A stretch of DNA of 61,441 bases, the filler included. It is 7 parts of 7 records of this genome, joined end to end, with 100 filler letters (N's around TTAATTAATTAA, not from the genome) between each part and the next. Parts side by side here need not be neighbours in the genome. Positions count along the whole stretch, not along the records: positions 13,063 to 24,845 come from SRR31156797_21378; positions 24,946 to 30,871 come from SRR31156797_21388; 5 more parts are not named here. One strand, given 5' to 3'. A model generated the notes under the pieces. It worked only from the letters and a program-made list of their open reading frames with translations. It was not told the DNA's origin and made no database searches. Position 1 is the first letter of the stretch. The number at the start of each line of letters is the position of its first letter. This document shows positions 20,358 to 30,971 of this stretch, piece by piece. The translations under genes were made by a program, and so were the position numbers.

Positions 20358-22346
20358 ATGAAATTAGGAAAATCAATATTAGGAAACTATGAACTTGGAA
20401 CAGAACGTGAATATTTGCTTACAAATGGAAGAGGAAGTTTTTCCAGTGGATCAATTAATGGAAACAATGGAAGAAAATACAGTGGAGCATTGATAGCTAG
20501 TTACCTGCCTCCTCTGGATAGATACATGAGTTTTCATAAAGTAGAGGAAACTCTAAACGATAGAGGCCTATATACATATAGGAAATTAGCGGGTAAACAA
20601 GAAGAAATAGCAGAAGGGTATAAGTATATTGATAGCTTTGAGTTAAATCCTTTTCCAAAATGGGTGTACTCTGTTGATGGAACTTTTCTGGAAAAAGAAA
20701 CATTTATGCCATTTGAAAAAGATATGGTTGTCTTTAAATATAAGATATTACAATCAGTAAAAAAGAAAAACAGATTAAAGCTTGACTTGTTCTTTAATCA
20801 CAGAAAATTTGATATTAATAAAACTCTTCCGGACGGATTTAAATATGAGTGTGAAGAGATGAAAAACGGATTAAAAATCAAACTTGATGAGAAAGAGTTT
20901 TATCTTTACTCAAATAGTAAAATAGATATTTGTGATACTGACAAAGATTATGAAGAAGATTTCTACGGCAAAAGAGTAAATGAAAGAGTTAGAGAAAATA
21001 TCGCTTATGATATAGAATTAGGTGATAGAGGAGAGGGGAACTCTATAGAGAGTTCAGTAAAAACAGCATATATTGAAGTTGAATTAGCTGAAAATGAAGA
21101 AGTATATGTAGTTGCATCTCTGGAAAAATCAGATGAAATTGATGCAAAAAAATTATATACTGATGAGTTAAAGAGAGTAAAAGATCTAAAAGAAAAAGTT
21201 GGAGAAGATGAACTGATGCAAGATTTAGCTTATGCAGCAGATGCATTTATCGTTCATAGAGAAAGTACAAATGAAAAGACTATTCTGGCAGGATATCCTT
21301 GGTTTGGAGATTGGGGAAGAGATACAATGATCGCTTTACCTGGATTGACTCTTGCAACAGGTAGATATGATGATGCTAAATCAATACTGAAAACATTTGC
21401 TAAATACTGCGACAAAGGTATGCTTCCAAATAAATTTCCAGACTGGGATGGGGAAGAATTAAAATATAATACAATTGATGCATCACTATGGTATTTTTAT
21501 GCTGTATATAAATATATTGAGTACACTGGAGATTATGAATTTATCAAAGAGGAGATTTTCCCTGTACTGGAAAGTATAGTTGAGTATCACATCAAAGGAA
21601 CAAGATACGGGATCAAAGTAGATACAGACGGATTGTTAAAAGGTGGAGACGAAAATACACAGCTTACATGGATGGATGTTAGTTATAAAAACTGGGCGGT
21701 AACACCTAGATATGGTAAAGCTGTTGAAATAAATGCACTTTGGTATAATGCAATTAAAGTAATGTCTGAACTGTCTGATAAATTCGGACTTGATAAAGAG
21801 TTATATGAAAACTATGCTGGAAAAGTTAGATCAAACTTTGAAAAAACATTTTGGAACGAAGAAAAAGGATATTTATATGACTATATCACTGATGATGAAA
21901 AAATAGATGATATTAGACCGAATCAAATATTCGCAGTAAGTTTACCGTTTATTATGTTAGATGAAACTAAAGCTGAAAAAGTTGTAAATACTGTACTTGA
22001 ACACCTATATACACCTCATGGATTAAGAAGTATATCAGCTGAAAATGAGAAATATATTGGAATTTATTATGGAAATTTATACGAAAGAGACAGATGTTAT
22101 CATCAGGGAACAGTTTGGTCATGGCCAATGGGGCATTTCATAACTGCGTTCCAAAAAGTACATAATGATGGTGAAAAAGCGATGAGACTTCTGGATGGCC
22201 TGAAAAATCACTTCTATCAGGAAGCGTGTATAAATAATATATCGGAAATATTTGATGGAGATTACCCTGTCAAAGCAAGAGGATGTTACGCACAGGCATG
22301 GTCTGTTGGGGAATTCCTTAGAGTATTAAAAGAGGATATTAAATAA
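20358..22346 (+). CDS. Amylo-alpha-1,6-glucosidase (glycogen debranching enzyme, GH133-like)
   Basis: REYLLTNG, AGYPWFGDWGRDTMI, LTWMD, YHQGTVW, QAWS; ATG 20358 after AGAGGAG. Confidence 0.93.
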   Translation: MKLGKSILGNYELGTEREYLLTNGRGSFSSGSINGNNGRKYSGALIASYLPPLDRYMSFHKVEETLNDRGLYTYRKLAGKQEEIAEGYKYIDSFELNPFPKWVYSVDGTFLEKETFMPFEKDMVVFKYKILQSVKKKNRLKLDLFFNHRKFDINKTLPDGFKYECEEMKNGLKIKLDEKEFYLYSNSKIDICDTDKDYEEDFYGKRVNERVRENIAYDIELGDRGEGNSIESSVKTAYIEVELAENEEVYVVASLEKSDEIDAKKLYTDELKRVKDLKEKVGEDELMQDLAYAADAFIVHRESTNEKTILAGYPWFGDWGRDTMIALPGLTLATGRYDDAKSILKTFAKYCDKGMLPNKFPDWDGEELKYNTIDASLWYFYAVYKYIEYTGDYEFIKEEIFPVLESIVEYHIKGTRYGIKVDTDGLLKGGDENTQLTWMDVSYKNWAVTPRYGKAVEINALWYNAIKVMSELSDKFGLDKELYENYAGKVRSNFEKTFWNEEKGYLYDYITDDEKIDDIRPNQIFAVSLPFIMLDETKAEKVVNTVLEHLYTPHGLRSISAENEKYIGIYYGNLYERDRCYHQGTVWSWPMGHFITAFQKVHNDGEKAMRLLDGLKNHFYQEACINNISEIFDGDYPVKARGCYAQAWSVGEFLRVLKEDIK

Positions 22347-22454
22347 TAATTGATTTTAGTTGTCTTATATTTAGCTTGATTTTTAAGATAATAATGAATA
22401 TACTATAAGTACAATCTTAATAAAACCGTGTGATTAGCAAGGGGTCAGTATAGT

Positions 22455-23483
22455 ATGAGTAAAAACGTAAAATTAAAAGATGTAGCAAAATTAGCGAATG
22501 TTGGAATGGGTACAGCTTCACGTGTGTTGAATAACCATCCGCATGTTAAGGCAGAAACTAAAGAAAAAGTATTAAAAGCAATGGAAACTCTGAATTATTC
22601 ACCAAATAGTGCTGCGAGAAGTTTAAAATCTAAAAAAAGTAAAGTACTTGGAGTGATTTTAGTCCATCTATCCAGTTTTTTCTATGGAGAAATTCTGGAA
22701 GGAATAGAAGATGGAGCTGATGAGCATGGATATGGACTGATATTAAACCAAACCAGAGCAACTGAAAAAAGAATTTTTAATTCCATAAAAATTATGGAAG
22801 AAAAAAAAGTTGATGGAATAATTTTCATGGGTGGGATTTTGAGTGAAGCTATTCAAAACCGACTTGTAAAAACAAATGTTCCTATTTTACTTGTTTCAAC
22901 AGGACATGATTTTAAAAATATAGATACCAAAGAAGTATTTTCAAGCATAAATATAGATAATGAAACTGCAGCTTTTGTTGCTGTTGACTATTTATGCAGC
23001 TTAAATCATAAAAAAATATCGATGCTTTCGATTAAAAAACATGATACAAATTCAGCACTTAGAAGAATAAGAGGCTACAAAAAAGCCTTGGAAAGAAATG
23101 ATGTAGAGTATAAGGATGAGAATGTTTTTGAATGCCTTCACTCCTTTAAAGATGCATATCAGACTACACGAAAAATATTGGAACAAACTGAAGTTCCAAC
23201 GGCAATATTCTGTTACTCAGATCTCTTAGCTATGGGAGCCTCAAGAGCTGTATTTGAAAAAGGTCTTAAGGTACCTGATGATATCTCAATCGTAGGTTTT
23301 GATGGAATAGAAAGCACAGAGTATTTTTATCCTTCGATTACTACAATGCGTCAACCGAGATATATAATGGGAGTTAGAGCAGTAGAATTAGTTAAAGATG
23401 AGATAAATTCCAAAGTGAATTATAAGCAACATCTTATTTTACCGGTAACATTAGAAAAAAGAGAATCGTGTAAAAAAGTATAA
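22455..23483 (+). CDS. LacI-family transcriptional regulator
   Basis: LKDVAKLANVG..TASRVLN, YSPNSAARSL, VPDDISIVGFD. Confidence 0.96.
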   Translation: MSKNVKLKDVAKLANVGMGTASRVLNNHPHVKAETKEKVLKAMETLNYSPNSAARSLKSKKSKVLGVILVHLSSFFYGEILEGIEDGADEHGYGLILNQTRATEKRIFNSIKIMEEKKVDGIIFMGGILSEAIQNRLVKTNVPILLVSTGHDFKNIDTKEVFSSINIDNETAAFVAVDYLCSLNHKKISMLSIKKHDTNSALRRIRGYKKALERNDVEYKDENVFECLHSFKDAYQTTRKILEQTEVPTAIFCYSDLLAMGASRAVFEKGLKVPDDISIVGFDGIESTEYFYPSITTMRQPRYIMGVRAVELVKDEINSKVNYKQHLILPVTLEKRESCKKV

Positions 23484-23511
23484 TTATAGTGAATTATAAC
23501 TAAATATTTAG

Positions 23512-23545
23512 CAGAGCTTTATTTTTTTAAAGCTCTGTTTTTTAT
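23512..23545 (+). terminator. Intrinsic terminator after lacI
   Basis: CAGAGCTTTA / TAAAGCTCTG followed by a T tract. Confidence 0.75.
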
Positions 23546-23720
23546 TTTCTATAAAAAGTTTAGATTATAAAACTGGAAATAATTTACTGGAATAAAAACT
23601 GGAATTTTTTATATTCCAGTTTTTGTTTTTTTATAATCAAAAAGAGGCTGTTTTATTGGCTTTTAGGGTGAAGTGTTCTAAAAGCAATTATTTTTAATGC
23701 TTTCATAACAAAAATAAGCA

Positions 23721-23776
23721 TTGACAATTAAGAAAAAATAGGATATTATTAATAATAACTGGAAACGGTTCCGGTT
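23721..23776 (+). promoter_or_regulatory. Promoter with a LacI-type operator
   Basis: TTGACA-17 nt-TATTAT; near-palindrome AACTGGAAACGGTTCCGGTT at 23757-23776. Confidence 0.75.
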
Positions 23777-23942
23777 TGAAAATGAAAAGTTTAAGAATTT
23801 TTACATTTTTAGAACGAGTTTTTAATAATAAAATCAAAGGATTATTGAGAATGTTGTTTTGAAGAAATTGATTAAAAAACAAAGCTGGAAATTTTTTGGA
23901 AAAAAATATTTATTTAAAAAATATACGAGGAGGAACTATCTA

Positions 23943-24845
23943 ATGAGAACAAAAGCTTTATTATGTAGTTTAGCAGCAGGTTTACTTTTATCAACTTTAA
24001 CTGTAGAAGCAGGGATATTTGATCGGTTTAAAAAGAAAAAGAAGGAAACAAAAAAAGAGATTTCTAATAAAGGAATGTCTAATGAAATTCTCCCGGAGGA
24101 AGGCGCATCACTAAGAGTTTGGGAAGGAAATAATGAAATTGAATTTATGGAGCATGCAGCAAGAAAATTTACTGAAGAAACTGGGATACCTGTAACATTT
24201 GAAATGGTAAAAATGGAAAAAACAGTAACAAGATTAGCTCAAGACGGACCAGCTGGAATTGGAGCAGATGTCATAGTATTTCCTCATGATAGGTTAGGAG
24301 AAGCAATCACTTCCGGTTTAATTATGGAAAATCTTGTTTCAGCTGACAGGGTTAGAAATGATTTCATGGATGCAGCAACAATTGCAGCGACATATGATGG
24401 TAAGATCATGGCTTGGCCTATTTCAATAGAAACATACGCTTTATATTATAATAAAGATCTTTTACCTGAAGCACCAAAATCATTTGAGCAACTTATTGAG
24501 TTCGGAAAAACTTATACAAATAGAAAAGAAAACAAATACGGAATATTCTGGGAAGTAGGAAATGCTTATTATAATCATGCTTTCTTAGCAATAGACGGCG
24601 GTTATGTATTTGGTAATAATGGTAGTAACCCATCTGATATTGGCCTGAATAATAGTGGTGCAATAAAAGGACTGGATTACATGCTTAAATTAAAAGAAAT
24701 ATCTGTAGAGAAAGCATCAGATGTTGATTATGCATCAATGATGGGATTATTCCAAGAGGGTAAAGTAGCTGCAATTATTAATGGACCTTGGGCTATTCCT
24801 GATCTGAAAGAAGCAGGTGTTAACTTTGGAATCGCTCCATTACCA
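23943..24845 (+). CDS. Maltose/maltodextrin ABC transporter substrate-binding protein, partial
   Basis: DGPAGIGADV..PHD, ETYALYYNKDL, INGPW; ATG after GAGGAGG; cut by the linker. Confidence 0.88.
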
Positions 24846-24945
24846 NNNNNNNNNNNNNNNNNNNNNNNNNNNNNNNNNNNNNNNNNNNNTTAATTAATTA
24901 ANNNNNNNNNNNNNNNNNNNNNNNNNNNNNNNNNNNNNNNNNNNN
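24846..24945. other. Artificial contig linker
   Basis: N44-TTAATTAATTAA-N44. Confidence 0.99.
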
Positions 24946-26072
24946 TGCTCCATCCAACCACCAGGTTTTGGCATAAATTTACCAGCACCAAGTCCAATAA
25001 GAAGTAACGGAACACCCATACCTAAACTCATAACAAATAAAGCAGCCCCACCTAATACTGCATCACCTGTTTGTCCAATATAAACTAAAGCTCCTGCAAG
25101 TGGTGGTGCAACACAAGGACCAACTACAAGTGCTGATAGGAATCCCATTACAGCAACTCCAAATACACCTTGTTTCTCTTTTCCTTCTGTTGTTTTGTTT
25201 AGTTTTGTTTGTAGACTTTGTGGTAACTCTAATTTAAAGTATCCAAACATAGAGAAAGCCAATACTACAAAGATAAATGCAAAGGTCACTAATACATATG
25301 GATTTTGTAAAGCTACTTGTAAATTAGCTCCAAATAGTCCTGCTATAACTCCTGCAATTGTATATGCTAAAGCCATTGCTAAAACATAAACTAAAGATAA
25401 AAAGAAACCTGTTGAAGCTGTTAGTTTTTCATTATCTCCTGCTTTTACAATAATAGATGAAAGTATAGGAATCATAGGAAAAACACAAGGAGTAAGTGAT
25501 AGTAAAAGTCCAAAGCCAAAGAAAGTTGCTAATACTAAGATTGCACTTTTATCTTTAAGAGTATTTACAATTGAATCACTCTCTGAAATATTTTCACTAG
25601 CTACTGTTTCATTTGTTGTTACTTCTTTTTTAGTTTCAGTAGTTTTTGAAGCTTCTAACTTTGAAGCTAAATTTACAGAGATTGTCTCGCTCATAGGTGC
25701 ATAACAAAGTCCTGCTTTTGAACACCCTTGGAAAAGCAGTTGAACTTCGTAGCTATCTGAGTTTACTTCTTCTTTTAATAAAGAGAATGGAATATCTATT
25801 GAAACTTCATTAAAGTGAACAATAAATTCATCATATTGTTCTGGTTTTGGCATTAAAAGTTTTGAAGTAATCTCTTTTTTTTCTGGTTTTGTAATTAAAA
25901 TTTTAAGTTGCTCATCATAAAGATAGATATCTTTACCAAGTTTAATACTTGCAACAATCTTATCTTCTTGTTGTTCTAGCTTTGCTTGAAATGCTTCATG
26001 TGGCTCTAAAAATGACCGTTGAATAGAAAAAGCATATACAACCATTAGCATTAATAATAGTATTTTTTTCAT
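24946..26072 (-). CDS. dsbD: Thiol:disulfide interchange protein DsbD, partial
   Basis: QGCSKAGLCY, TPCVFPMIP, GPCVAPPL, PKPGGWM. Confidence 0.95.
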
Positions 26073-26242
26073 CTATAGTATTACCTTATTTAAAATATTA
26101 TTGACATTATAATCAATTTATGTGAAGTCTTTGTTTATATAAGAATTATAAATTTCTTAGATTTCAGAATTATAATTAATAGTTATAAAAAATTTGATAA
26201 AATTTAGTTATTATTTCATATAATTAATTATAAGGGTAACTA

Positions 26243-26599
26243 ATGAGTAGAGTTGTCGATTTATCACCAAGTGAAGTTGAAAAATTAATAAATGATGATG
26301 TTATAATGATTGATGTTCGAAGAGAAGATGAATTTAAACACACAGGAATCATCAAAAATTCTCATAAGATGACTTTCTTTGATATGTTTGGAAACTGTGA
26401 TGTACCAACATGGTTGTCGAAGTTTGAAAAGCTTGTAAAGTCAAAAGACCAACTTGTTGTTTTAGTTTGTGCCCATGCAAATAGAACAAGAACTATTGCA
26501 GACTTCTTAATTCAAAACCATGGATATACTAATATAGCACATCTTGAAGGTGGTATAGCAAACTGGCTAGATGAAGGTAGAGAAACCGTTTTTAACTAG
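26243..26599 (+). CDS. Single-domain rhodanese-like protein
   Basis: IDVRREDEF, CAHANR active-site loop, LEGGIANW. Confidence 0.88.
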   Translation: MSRVVDLSPSEVEKLINDDVIMIDVRREDEFKHTGIIKNSHKMTFFDMFGNCDVPTWLSKFEKLVKSKDQLVVLVCAHANRTRTIADFLIQNHGYTNIAHLEGGIANWLDEGRETVFN

Positions 26600-26618
26600 A
26601 GTTTGCTGAAAGAAGAGC

Positions 26619-26852
26619 TTATTCTTGCTCTTCTTTTTTCTTCGCACTTGCTTCTTGTAAAATTGCAATTACATCATCTAAATTTGCATATGGAATGTGT
26701 GACTTCCACTCAATATCTTTTCCGTTTAATGAAATTCCAATACTTACAACATCTGGCGTTCCTTTACCATATGGTTCTGAAACATTTGAAACAGAGATAA
26801 TACCTTTTTTTGTTCCGTTTAAAGGAAGTGTTCCTAATTCTGTAGTTGCCAT
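26619..26852 (-). CDS. Small hypothetical protein
   Basis: AAAGGA ribosome-binding site; globular-looking 77 aa (SEPYG, VVSIGI, HIPY). Confidence 0.7.
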   Translation of the reverse strand: MATTELGTLPLNGTKKGIISVSNVSEPYGKGTPDVVSIGISLNGKDIEWKSHIPYANLDDVIAILQEASAKKKEEQE

Positions 26853-26906
26853 GTGTAATCCTTTTTTTAGTTTGTATAAATTTTACTAAAAATAACTTTT
26901 ATTTAG

Positions 26907-29411
26907 TTAAAAAAGAGGTGCAGGCTCACCTAAATAAAAGCCTTGATACTCATCAGCACCTAAATCTTGAAGTATTTTATATACTGTTTCATTATGAATA
27001 AACTCTACAACAACAATTATTTTTAATGATTTAGAAAAATCAATAATAGATTTCACCATCTCAAATGCCGTTTGGTCTTTATCTATATCTTTAATTAATG
27101 AACCATCAATCTTTATATATTCTGGTTTTATATTTAAAACGTGAGTAAAGTTTGAATAACCTGTTCCAAAGTCATCAATTGCAAATTTAATGCCTTTTTC
27201 TCTATATGTTAAGATAAAGTCATCTAATACTTTGTGATCAGAAATAAAATCACTCTCAAGGATTTCAAAAACAACTTTTTCTCTTTGTTCTTTACTTAGA
27301 AGTTTTACTTCTTTTTCTATAAACTCCATAAAGTCTAAGTTCAAAATATCTGAAAAACTGATATTCACTGATACCATTTTTCCTATTTTATCAATATTAT
27401 CAAAGGCTTTTTTTATAACTATTTGATTTAGTTTAAAATACTGTTTTGTTTTAATTGCAACATCAAAGAAATTTCCAGGAGATAAGAAGTGTTCTTTTCC
27501 ATCTACATTATCTCTTATTCTCATTAGAGTTTCATATTTAATTAACTTCTCATCTTTATCAAAAATTGGTTGGAAAAATGGAACTACATTATCATTTTCT
27601 ATTGCATTTTTAATCTTATCTTTCCAATGCATCATTTTTTTGATGTTCTCTTTTACATCGATATTTTTATTATAAACAACTGTTCTTTGAGAAGTTTGTT
27701 TTGCTTTATTTAAAGCAGTGTTTGCACACTTTACAGGTTGGTTTTGAGAGATTGATGAGCCAACAGTAACAGATAGGTATAAATCAACTCCTAGACCTTC
27801 TATTTTAAACTCTTTTACAAAAAGCTCATGGATTTTATCTATCATTTTTTCATAGGCTAAAAATCTTACAATATTTGTATCTTTTAAGGCAAAGATATCT
27901 CCATTTACTCTATAAAGCTTTAAGTCATGCTCATCTGAAAACTCTTGCAGTCTTTTAGTTATTTTGATTAATAGTTCATTTCCTATTTGGAAACCATAAA
28001 GTTCATTTATATCATCGAAGTTATTTATATCAATAAAGTTTACTGCAACAAACTCTTCTTCTTTGATACTTTCAATTAGAGATTCTCTATTTTCTAAGCC
28101 TGTTAACTCATCATAATAAAGTTTCTTTCTTATCTCTAGAGTTCTTTCTTGGATTTTTTCTTCTAAGTTCTTCGTGTTTTCTTGAATTGCATCTAGCATT
28201 TTATTAAAATGATTTGCTAAAACACCTAATTCATCACTGCTTTCAACTATTGTTCTTACTTCTAAGTTTCCTGCTTCAACCAATCTTGCATTTTCAGATA
28301 AGTCTTGAATAGGTTTTAAAAGTTTTTGAACAAATAAAATTGCTATAAACATTAAAACTAAAAGAAGAATAATAGAAAGATTTATCAACATAGCATCTAT
28401 TTCTTCTACTTTTTTCTCTAAATCTTTTTTATAAATAGATGAGATTATATACCAACCAAAGAAGTCATTGTATTCAACCCAAGCAAATTTTTCATATGTA
28501 AAGTTCTCAGAGTCTTCTTTTGTATTCCAAGTATACTTTAACATTTTTTGATTTGAAGAAGAGTCTATAAGCTCTTTTGATAAAGAAAGCACATCAACGT
28601 ATTTACTATATTTTCCTATGGCTAAAGATTCCCCCATAAGAGATTTTGAAGGGTGGGCAATAATCCTAAACTCTTCATCTAAAATAAAAATATGCCCATG
28701 TTCCTTTGAAAAAAGAGTATCAATCAAGGGCATTAGTTTTTGGATAGCTTTTTCTTTTTGGGCATCAATTTCTACTTGAATATTTGATTCATAAGTTGTA
28801 GAAGAAACAATAATATCAAAAGGCTCAAAATAAATACTATGAACAAGCTTTTTTGATACAGTATTTGAGTTTAACTTTTTCCAAAAGTATGAACTATAAG
28901 TCTCTTTTTGTTCTATCACATCTTTAATAATTGTTGGAGCAAAGACTTTACCCTTTGCATCTTTTAAATCATAGATATTTCTTCCAATATTAGTTTTTGT
29001 AGGGTGGTATAAAGTATTTCCTTTTGTATCTATAAGATACAAATAGCCTTTGTCATTATATGTAATATTTGAAATAATCACTAAAGCTTTTTTTACAGCT
29101 TCATCTTTAGAGTAATTTCCTTTTTCATACTCTTTATAGTAGCTTTGAAGAATATTATATGCAAGATAAGAGGTCTCTCTTATCTTTTGTCTATACTCTT
29201 TTTCTTTGAAGGTTTCAAACTCATTTATTTGCTCTTTTTTTGAGTCAACTATATGAGATATCTTTTCAAGTTGTAGTTTTACTTGGTTTGTTTCAAAATC
29301 AATAAAATATTTAGTAATCTTTGGAGAAATAATAAATATTATGAAAAACAAATATGCAGAAACAATAAAAACAAAAATTGCTCCTATCTTTAAAAAGATT
29401 TTATTTTTCAT
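26907..29411 (-). CDS. Cache-HAMP-GGDEF(degenerate)-EAL c-di-GMP signalling protein
   Basis: Two TM helices, Cache DAKGK, HAMP DELGVLA..FN.M, NGDIF, YETLMR, IDDFGTGYSN, KIDGS, QGFY. Confidence 0.9.
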   Translation of the reverse strand: MKNKIFLKIGAIFVFIVSAYLFFIIFIISPKITKYFIDFETNQVKLQLEKISHIVDSKKEQINEFETFKEKEYRQKIRETSYLAYNILQSYYKEYEKGNYSKDEAVKKALVIISNITYNDKGYLYLIDTKGNTLYHPTKTNIGRNIYDLKDAKGKVFAPTIIKDVIEQKETYSSYFWKKLNSNTVSKKLVHSIYFEPFDIIVSSTTYESNIQVEIDAQKEKAIQKLMPLIDTLFSKEHGHIFILDEEFRIIAHPSKSLMGESLAIGKYSKYVDVLSLSKELIDSSSNQKMLKYTWNTKEDSENFTYEKFAWVEYNDFFGWYIISSIYKKDLEKKVEEIDAMLINLSIILLLVLMFIAILFVQKLLKPIQDLSENARLVEAGNLEVRTIVESSDELGVLANHFNKMLDAIQENTKNLEEKIQERTLEIRKKLYYDELTGLENRESLIESIKEEEFVAVNFIDINNFDDINELYGFQIGNELLIKITKRLQEFSDEHDLKLYRVNGDIFALKDTNIVRFLAYEKMIDKIHELFVKEFKIEGLGVDLYLSVTVGSSISQNQPVKCANTALNKAKQTSQRTVVYNKNIDVKENIKKMMHWKDKIKNAIENDNVVPFFQPIFDKDEKLIKYETLMRIRDNVDGKEHFLSPGNFFDVAIKTKQYFKLNQIVIKKAFDNIDKIGKMVSVNISFSDILNLDFMEFIEKEVKLLSKEQREKVVFEILESDFISDHKVLDDFILTYREKGIKFAIDDFGTGYSNFTHVLNIKPEYIKIDGSLIKDIDKDQTAFEMVKSIIDFSKSLKIIVVVEFIHNETVYKILQDLGADEYQGFYLGEPAPLF

Positions 29412-29450
29412 ATTTATTAAACCTGTTTTTAAAGACTATTGTATTTATGC

Positions 29451-30257
29451 TTAACTTTTTTGGCAAATACTTTGTCCATATTTCACTGATTGACCTGTTA
29501 ACTCTTCAAGTTCAACAAATTCTTTTTCCCAGAACATTACAACAGTAGAACCCATTTTAAAGTAACCTAAACAGTCACCTTTTTTAACTTTTTTATCTTC
29601 ATATTCATAAATTTGAATATCTCTAACATCTGTATTTGTTTCAACTTTTGGCTCAAACTCAAATACCATTTGACCAACATTTAGTGCTCCAACAAATACC
29701 ATGTAAAATAGTTTATCTTCATGAATACACTCTAAAATAACTCTTTCATTCTCAGCAAATAAATCAATTTGTTTATTTAGATATTTTAAATTTACTGGAT
29801 AAAGTTTCCCTGGAACATGTAGTAATCTTTTTACTTCAAAATCACAAGGAGAGTGATATCTATGATAATCCCTTGGAGAAAGGTAAAAGTTCATATATTT
29901 ACCATCTACTAACTTTTCAAAGTTATTTGCACAATTGTAAGTTAATAGCTCTTCGAAAGAGTATTCCATACCTTTGATTTGTAAAGCTAAATCACCCTTT
30001 ACATCTCCTGCTTGTGTAATTAAACTATCTGTTGGAGAAATAAATACCTTCTCATCTTCATTGATTTGTCTTGCAATTGCTAATTCTCTTGTAAAAAGAT
30101 CATTTAGTGATTTATAAAACTTTTCGTTTCTAAATTCACTCATGTCTAACTTCATACTTCTTACATATACTTTATTTATAATCTTTTGAATAAATGATGG
30201 AAACTCAGTTTTAGCGAATTTTCCAAAGTATTGAGAGATAATATTTGTAATATGCAT
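29451..30257 (-). CDS. psd: Phosphatidylserine decarboxylase
   Basis: YLSPRDYHRYHSP, NERV, VGALNVG, FKMGSTV (self-cleavage motif). Confidence 0.95.
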   Translation of the reverse strand: MHITNIISQYFGKFAKTEFPSFIQKIINKVYVRSMKLDMSEFRNEKFYKSLNDLFTRELAIARQINEDEKVFISPTDSLITQAGDVKGDLALQIKGMEYSFEELLTYNCANNFEKLVDGKYMNFYLSPRDYHRYHSPCDFEVKRLLHVPGKLYPVNLKYLNKQIDLFAENERVILECIHEDKLFYMVFVGALNVGQMVFEFEPKVETNTDVRDIQIYEYEDKKVKKGDCLGYFKMGSTVVMFWEKEFVELEELTGQSVKYGQSICQKS

Positions 30258-30400
30258 TTTTGCCCTTGTTTAGTGTAATATAGATATTTTATCTAAATTT
30301 TACTTGATTTTTTTAAAGCAATTTCATAAATTATTATTATAAGTCTATTTAAATTTTTTTTTGATAATCTTCGAAAAAAATTATTATAGGAGAACTTTTA

Positions 30401-30640
30401 ATGCATAAAGTTATAGTAGAAACAGAGTGTGGTTGTTTTAGAAGAAGTGATTTACAAAATAACCTAGAATTTAACTCAAAAGATGATGCTTTAAGTAAAG
30501 CAATTCAAATGAAAAATCAAATGAACTTAGAATTCTGTAAAAAACATGAATTTGATTTAGTAGAACATGGAAACAATTTTGTTATTGATTTCAGACAAGA
30601 AGCTCCATCTTCATGCTGTGGAACAGGATGCTGTAGCTAG
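30401..30640 (+). CDS. Small Cys-rich hypothetical protein
   Basis: AGGAG ribosome-binding site; ECGCF, FCKKH, C-terminal CCGTGCCS. Confidence 0.75.
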   Translation: MHKVIVETECGCFRRSDLQNNLEFNSKDDALSKAIQMKNQMNLEFCKKHEFDLVEHGNNFVIDFRQEAPSSCCGTGCCS

Positions 30641-30654
30641 GCCAAGAGCTGTAA

Positions 30655-30871
30655 TTAGTTTTTATTACTACTTGGCACAAACTCTTTAGGAACAAGGATT
30701 GTAAGCTTTCCTTGTTCTTTCATTCCGCCTGCATGTAATTCAGCATCTTTTCCATTTCCATAGAAAAAGTCTGCTCTTATCTCACCTTTAATTGCTCCAC
30801 CAACATCAGCTGCAACCATAAGTCTATTTATTTTTTCTTGTGTTACTGAATTTTTTGTATTTATAAATACT
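30655..30871 (-). CDS. mltA: Lytic murein transglycosylase A, C-terminal 3D domain, partial (absent from the ORF track)
   Basis: Manual translation: RLMVAADVGGAIKGEIRADFFYGNG..AGGMKEQG..LVPK..NKN*. Confidence 0.85.
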
Positions 30872-30971
30872 NNNNNNNNNNNNNNNNNNNNNNNNNNNNN
30901 NNNNNNNNNNNNNNNTTAATTAATTAANNNNNNNNNNNNNNNNNNNNNNNNNNNNNNNNNNNNNNNNNNNN
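30872..30971. other. Artificial contig linker
   Basis: N44-TTAATTAATTAA-N44. Confidence 0.99.
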
